Below, piece by piece: positions 61,266 to 64,000 of a stretch of 64,000 bases of DNA. How positions within the stretch are numbered: position 1 is the stretch's first letter; every line of letters starts with the position of its first letter. This DNA comes from Casimicrobiaceae bacterium (GTDB lineage Bacteria; Pseudomonadota; Gammaproteobacteria; Burkholderiales; Casimicrobiaceae). Where the stretch lies: the NCBI GenBank assembly GCA_036506975.1, contig DASXQW010000384.1:125-64124 (forward strand), read 5' to 3'. The position numbers and the translations under genes are program-made. Below the pieces are notes generated by a model, which was given only the letters and a program-made list of their open reading frames with translations, did not search any database and was not told the DNA's origin.

Positions 61266-64000
61266 ATGACTCGCGAAATTCCCCTCGAAGATCATTCGCG
61301 CCAGCAGACCAAGTTCACGACCTGCTACATGTGCGCGTGCCGCTGCGGGATCAAGGTCACGCTCGAAGACGGCAAGATCCGCTTCATCCAGGGCAACCGC
61401 AATCATCCGGTCAACCAGGGCGTGCTCTGCGCCAAGGGCGCGGCCGGGATCATGAAGCAGTACTCGCCCGCGCGATTGCGCAAACCGCTCGTGCGCCGCA
61501 CCGGGAGCGATCGCGGCGCGGGCGATTTCGTCGAGATCGAATGGGACGAAGCGCTCGACGTCCTGACCCGGCGCCTCGCGAAAATCCGCTCGACGAATCC
61601 CGCCGAGCTCGCGTTCTTCACCGGCCGCGACCAGATGCAGGCGCTGTCCGCTCTCTGGGCTCAGCAGTTCGGCACGCCGAACTGGGCCGCGCACGGCGGC
61701 TTCTGCGCGGTCAACATGGCGGTTGCCGGGCTGTATACGATTGGCTACTCATTCTGGGAATTCGGCGCGCCCGACTGGGATCATGCGAAATATTTTCTGC
61801 TCTGGGGCGTTGCCGAAGACCATTCGTCGAATCCGATCAAGATCGGGCTGGACAAGCTGAAGGGCCGGGGCGCGAAATTCGTCTCGATCAACCCGGTGCG
61901 CACCGGCTACTCCGCGATCGCCGACGAGTGGATCCCGATCCGGCCCGGCACCGACGGACTGTTCGCCCTCGCGCTCGTGCACGTGCTCATCAAACGAGGC
62001 CTGATCGACTGGGAATTCCTGATCAAATACACCAACGCACCCTGGCTGGTGGTGCAGACCCCTGGCATGCCGGGCGACGGCCTGTTCGCGCGCAACAGCG
62101 ACGGTAATCCGCTCGTCTGGGATACGCTCGACCACCGCTTCGCAAATGGCAATCTGCCCGACATTGCGCCGGCGTTGCTCGCGACCGTGGATCTGCCCGA
62201 CCGCCGGCGCGCCAAGACCGTGTTTTCCTTGGTCACCGAGCGTTATCTCGACGATCGTTATGCGCCGGAAACCGTCGCCGCCGAGTGTGGCGTGCCCGCC
62301 GGGACGATCCATCGCATCGCGCTGGAGATGGCGCAGATCGCGTTCAACGAGACGGTCGAGCTGCCGATCCGCTGGACCGACATGCACGGCCGCACGCACG
62401 ACAAGGTCATCGGCCGGCCGGTGGCGATACATGCCATGCGCGGCGTTTCCGCGCACTCCAACGGCTTTCACACCTGCCGTGCGCTGCACCTGCTGCAGAT
62501 GCTGCTCGGCGCGCTCGATGGACCGGGCAACTTCCGCGCGCGGGCGCCCTATCCGCGGCGCATCCCGATGCGCACGCTGCCCGAGAACGACCCCGCGGTC
62601 ATCTTCGCGCCCGATACCGCGCTCAATCGCACGACTTACGGTTACCCGACGCGGCCCGAAGAGCTCGTGATCGACAAGGACGGCAAGCCGCTGCGCATCG
62701 ACCGTGCTTATTCGTGGGAGTCGCCGCTCGCGGCGCACGGCATGATGCACATGGTGATCACCAACGCCGTCAACCGCGATCCTTATCCCATCGATACGCT
62801 GCTGCTCTTCATGGCCAACATGGCGTGGAACTCGACCATGAACACCGGCGAAGTGCGTGAGATGCTCGTCCGGAAAGACCCGGGCGGGGAGTACGTGATT
62901 CCGTTCATCGTCGTCGTCGATGCGTTCCATTCCGAGACGGTGGGCTTCGCCGATCTGGTGCTGCCGGACACGACCTATCTCGAGCGGCACGACACGATCT
63001 CGCTTCTCGACCGGCCGATCTCCGAGCCCGACGCCGCCGCCGATGCGGTACGCGTTCCTGTGCTCGAGCCCGACCGCGATGTGCGCCCGTGGCAGGAAGT
63101 GCTGGTCGAGCTCGCGTCCAGGCTCAAGTTTCCGGCGTTCACGCGAGCCGATGGCTCGCGCAAATTCAAGGACTACAAGGATTTCGTGGTCAACTACGAA
63201 AAGGTGCCGGGCGTGGGCTTTCTTGCGGGCTGGCGCGGCGCGGACGGAGAAAAGTCGTTGCGCGGCGAGCCCAATCCCCACCAGTGGGAGCGCTACGCCG
63301 AGAATCAGTGCTTTTTCACGTATCCGTGGCCGGAAAACATGCGCTACTACCGCTACGCGAACAAGGACTATCTCGAGTTCGCGGAAAAGCATGCGCTGTT
63401 CGGCACGCCGCCGGTGCAAGTGGTCCTGCAGATGTATTCGGAGCCGCTGCAGAAGTTCCGCCTCGCGGGGCAGGGACTCTACGACGGCCCGCAGCCGACC
63501 GCGCTCGTCGATTGCGAGCGGCTGGCGAAATACTTCGATCCCTTGCCCTTCTGGTACGCGCCGCTCGAGGGCGCGCAGGCGCAGATCGGCGCGGGCGGAG
63601 CGCTCGGGCGCACCATCGCCGAAGACTACCCGCTGCACGCGATCACGCAGCGGCCGATGATGATGTACCACTCGTGGGATTCGCAGAACGCGTGGCTCCG
63701 GCAGATACTCTCCGAGAACAGCTTGTACATGAATCGCGGCACGGCGCGCGAGCTCGAGCTCGAGGACGGCGACTGGATCTGGGTAGAGTCACACCACAGC
63801 CGGATCCGCTGCCGGCTGAAGACCATGGAAGGCGTCGAAGCACGCACCGTATGGACCTGGAACGCGGTCGGCAAGCAGCCGGGTGCATGGGGCCTTTCGC
63901 CCGACGCATCCGAGGCGACCGCCGGCTTTCTACTGAACCATCTCATCTCCGAGCTCCTGCCGTCGAGCGTGTCGGATGCGCGACGGCTCACCAATTCCGA
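61266..64000 (+). CDS. soeA: Cytoplasmic molybdopterin (bis-MGD) oxidoreductase catalytic subunit, SoeA-like (sulfite:quinone dehydrogenase candidate); 3' end beyond the window
   Basis: Not in the ORF track because it has no stop in the window. My hand translation of the 5', central and 3' portions of the frame found no stops (a short stretch near 62.1-62.5 kb was only read through once, quickly). N-terminus MTREIPLEDHSRQQTKFTTCYMCACRCGIKV...LCAKG (4Fe-4S CxxCxxxC...C) with no twin-arginine signal. C-terminal MGD-binding beta-barrel segment (GDWIWVESHHSRIRCRLKTMEGV). The family call is strong; the SoeA function is inferred from context. Confidence 0.75.
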   Translation, partial: MTREIPLEDHSRQQTKFTTCYMCACRCGIKVTLEDGKIRFIQGNRNHPVNQGVLCAKGAAGIMKQYSPARLRKPLVRRTGSDRGAGDFVEIEWDEALDVLTRRLAKIRSTNPAELAFFTGRDQMQALSALWAQQFGTPNWAAHGGFCAVNMAVAGLYTIGYSFWEFGAPDWDHAKYFLLWGVAEDHSSNPIKIGLDKLKGRGAKFVSINPVRTGYSAIADEWIPIRPGTDGLFALALVHVLIKRGLIDWEFLIKYTNAPWLVVQTPGMPGDGLFARNSDGNPLVWDTLDHRFANGNLPDIAPALLATVDLPDRRRAKTVFSLVTERYLDDRYAPETVAAECGVPAGTIHRIALEMAQIAFNETVELPIRWTDMHGRTHDKVIGRPVAIHAMRGVSAHSNGFHTCRALHLLQMLLGALDGPGNFRARAPYPRRIPMRTLPENDPAVIFAPDTALNRTTYGYPTRPEELVIDKDGKPLRIDRAYSWESPLAAHGMMHMVITNAVNRDPYPIDTLLLFMANMAWNSTMNTGEVREMLVRKDPGGEYVIPFIVVVDAFHSETVGFADLVLPDTTYLERHDTISLLDRPISEPDAAADAVRVPVLEPDRDVRPWQEVLVELASRLKFPAFTRADGSRKFKDYKDFVVNYEKVPGVGFLAGWRGADGEKSLRGEPNPHQWERYAENQCFFTYPWPENMRYYRYANKDYLEFAEKHALFGTPPVQVVLQMYSEPLQKFRLAGQGLYDGPQPTALVDCERLAKYFDPLPFWYAPLEGAQAQIGAGGALGRTIAEDYPLHAITQRPMMMYHSWDSQNAWLRQILSENSLYMNRGTARELELEDGDWIWVESHHSRIRCRLKTMEGVEARTVWTWNAVGKQPGAWGLSPDASEATAGFLLNHLISELLPSSVSDARRLTNS

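Noticed and set aside
1-64000. Mobile genetic island, prophage or defence system, and tRNA/rRNA genes.
   Set aside because: No integrase, transposase, phage structural, nuclease/helicase defence-type ORFs or tRNA-like sequences were seen in any spacer. The only mobile-looking sequences are the short MITE/REP-type repeats.

Overview
This is a visibly high-GC (not computed), densely coding chromosomal window of proteobacterial type with about 60 genes. I saw no rRNA, tRNA, CRISPR array, transposase, integrase or defence genes. All calls rest on motifs and remembered family sequences read from the supplied translations; no searches were run.

The dominant theme is organosulfonate catabolism and sulfite disposal:
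- Taurine module, about 9.6-16.9 kb: tauR is divergent from tpa-tauA-tauB-tauC-pta.
- Sulfoacetaldehyde node, about 18.4-26.9 kb: ald, xsc, then sauS-sauT-like genes. A citrate-synthase paralog is translationally coupled to sauT, and a second pta is convergent.
- Sulfite oxidation, about 55.8-64 kb: sat and aprM-aprB-aprA, plus an open-ended cytoplasmic molybdoenzyme gene (61266 to beyond 64000). That gene is absent from the ORF track and looks SoeA-like.

Between these modules lie three tightly packed operons with no textbook pathway. These are the best candidates for undescribed biology:
- A. GntR regulator, then TRAP dctP, a hypothetical protein, a DUF35 protein, a thiolase-fold protein that appears to lack the nucleophilic Cys, a 5S-type carboxyltransferase without a biotin domain, an ADP-forming acyl-CoA synthetase, dctM-dctQ and a GST (26.9-37.1 kb).
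- B. iclR, a BKACE-family beta-keto-acid cleavage enzyme, an SDR and a NitT/TauT-type ABC importer (37.1-42.8 kb, minus strand).
- C. BCCP, biotin carboxylase, a second paralogous 5S carboxyltransferase, a TauE/SafE permease, B12-dependent glutamate mutase (S, L, E), an MLE/dipeptide-epimerase-type enolase-superfamily enzyme in the place where methylaspartate ammonia-lyase would be expected, an MDR quinone oxidoreductase and tctCBA (42.9-55.7 kb).

Non-coding structure:
- Two about 124-bp MITE-like repeats with 14-bp terminal inverted repeats bracket xsc and supply the stop codons of ald and xsc.
- A REP-like palindrome family (GTAGG-xCGAAT..ATTCGx) sits in the tauA-tauB and tauR-ahpD spacers.
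- An intrinsic terminator lies between tauA and tauB.
- There are candidate GntR and IclR operators.
- A LysR gene remnant lies between aprM and sat.
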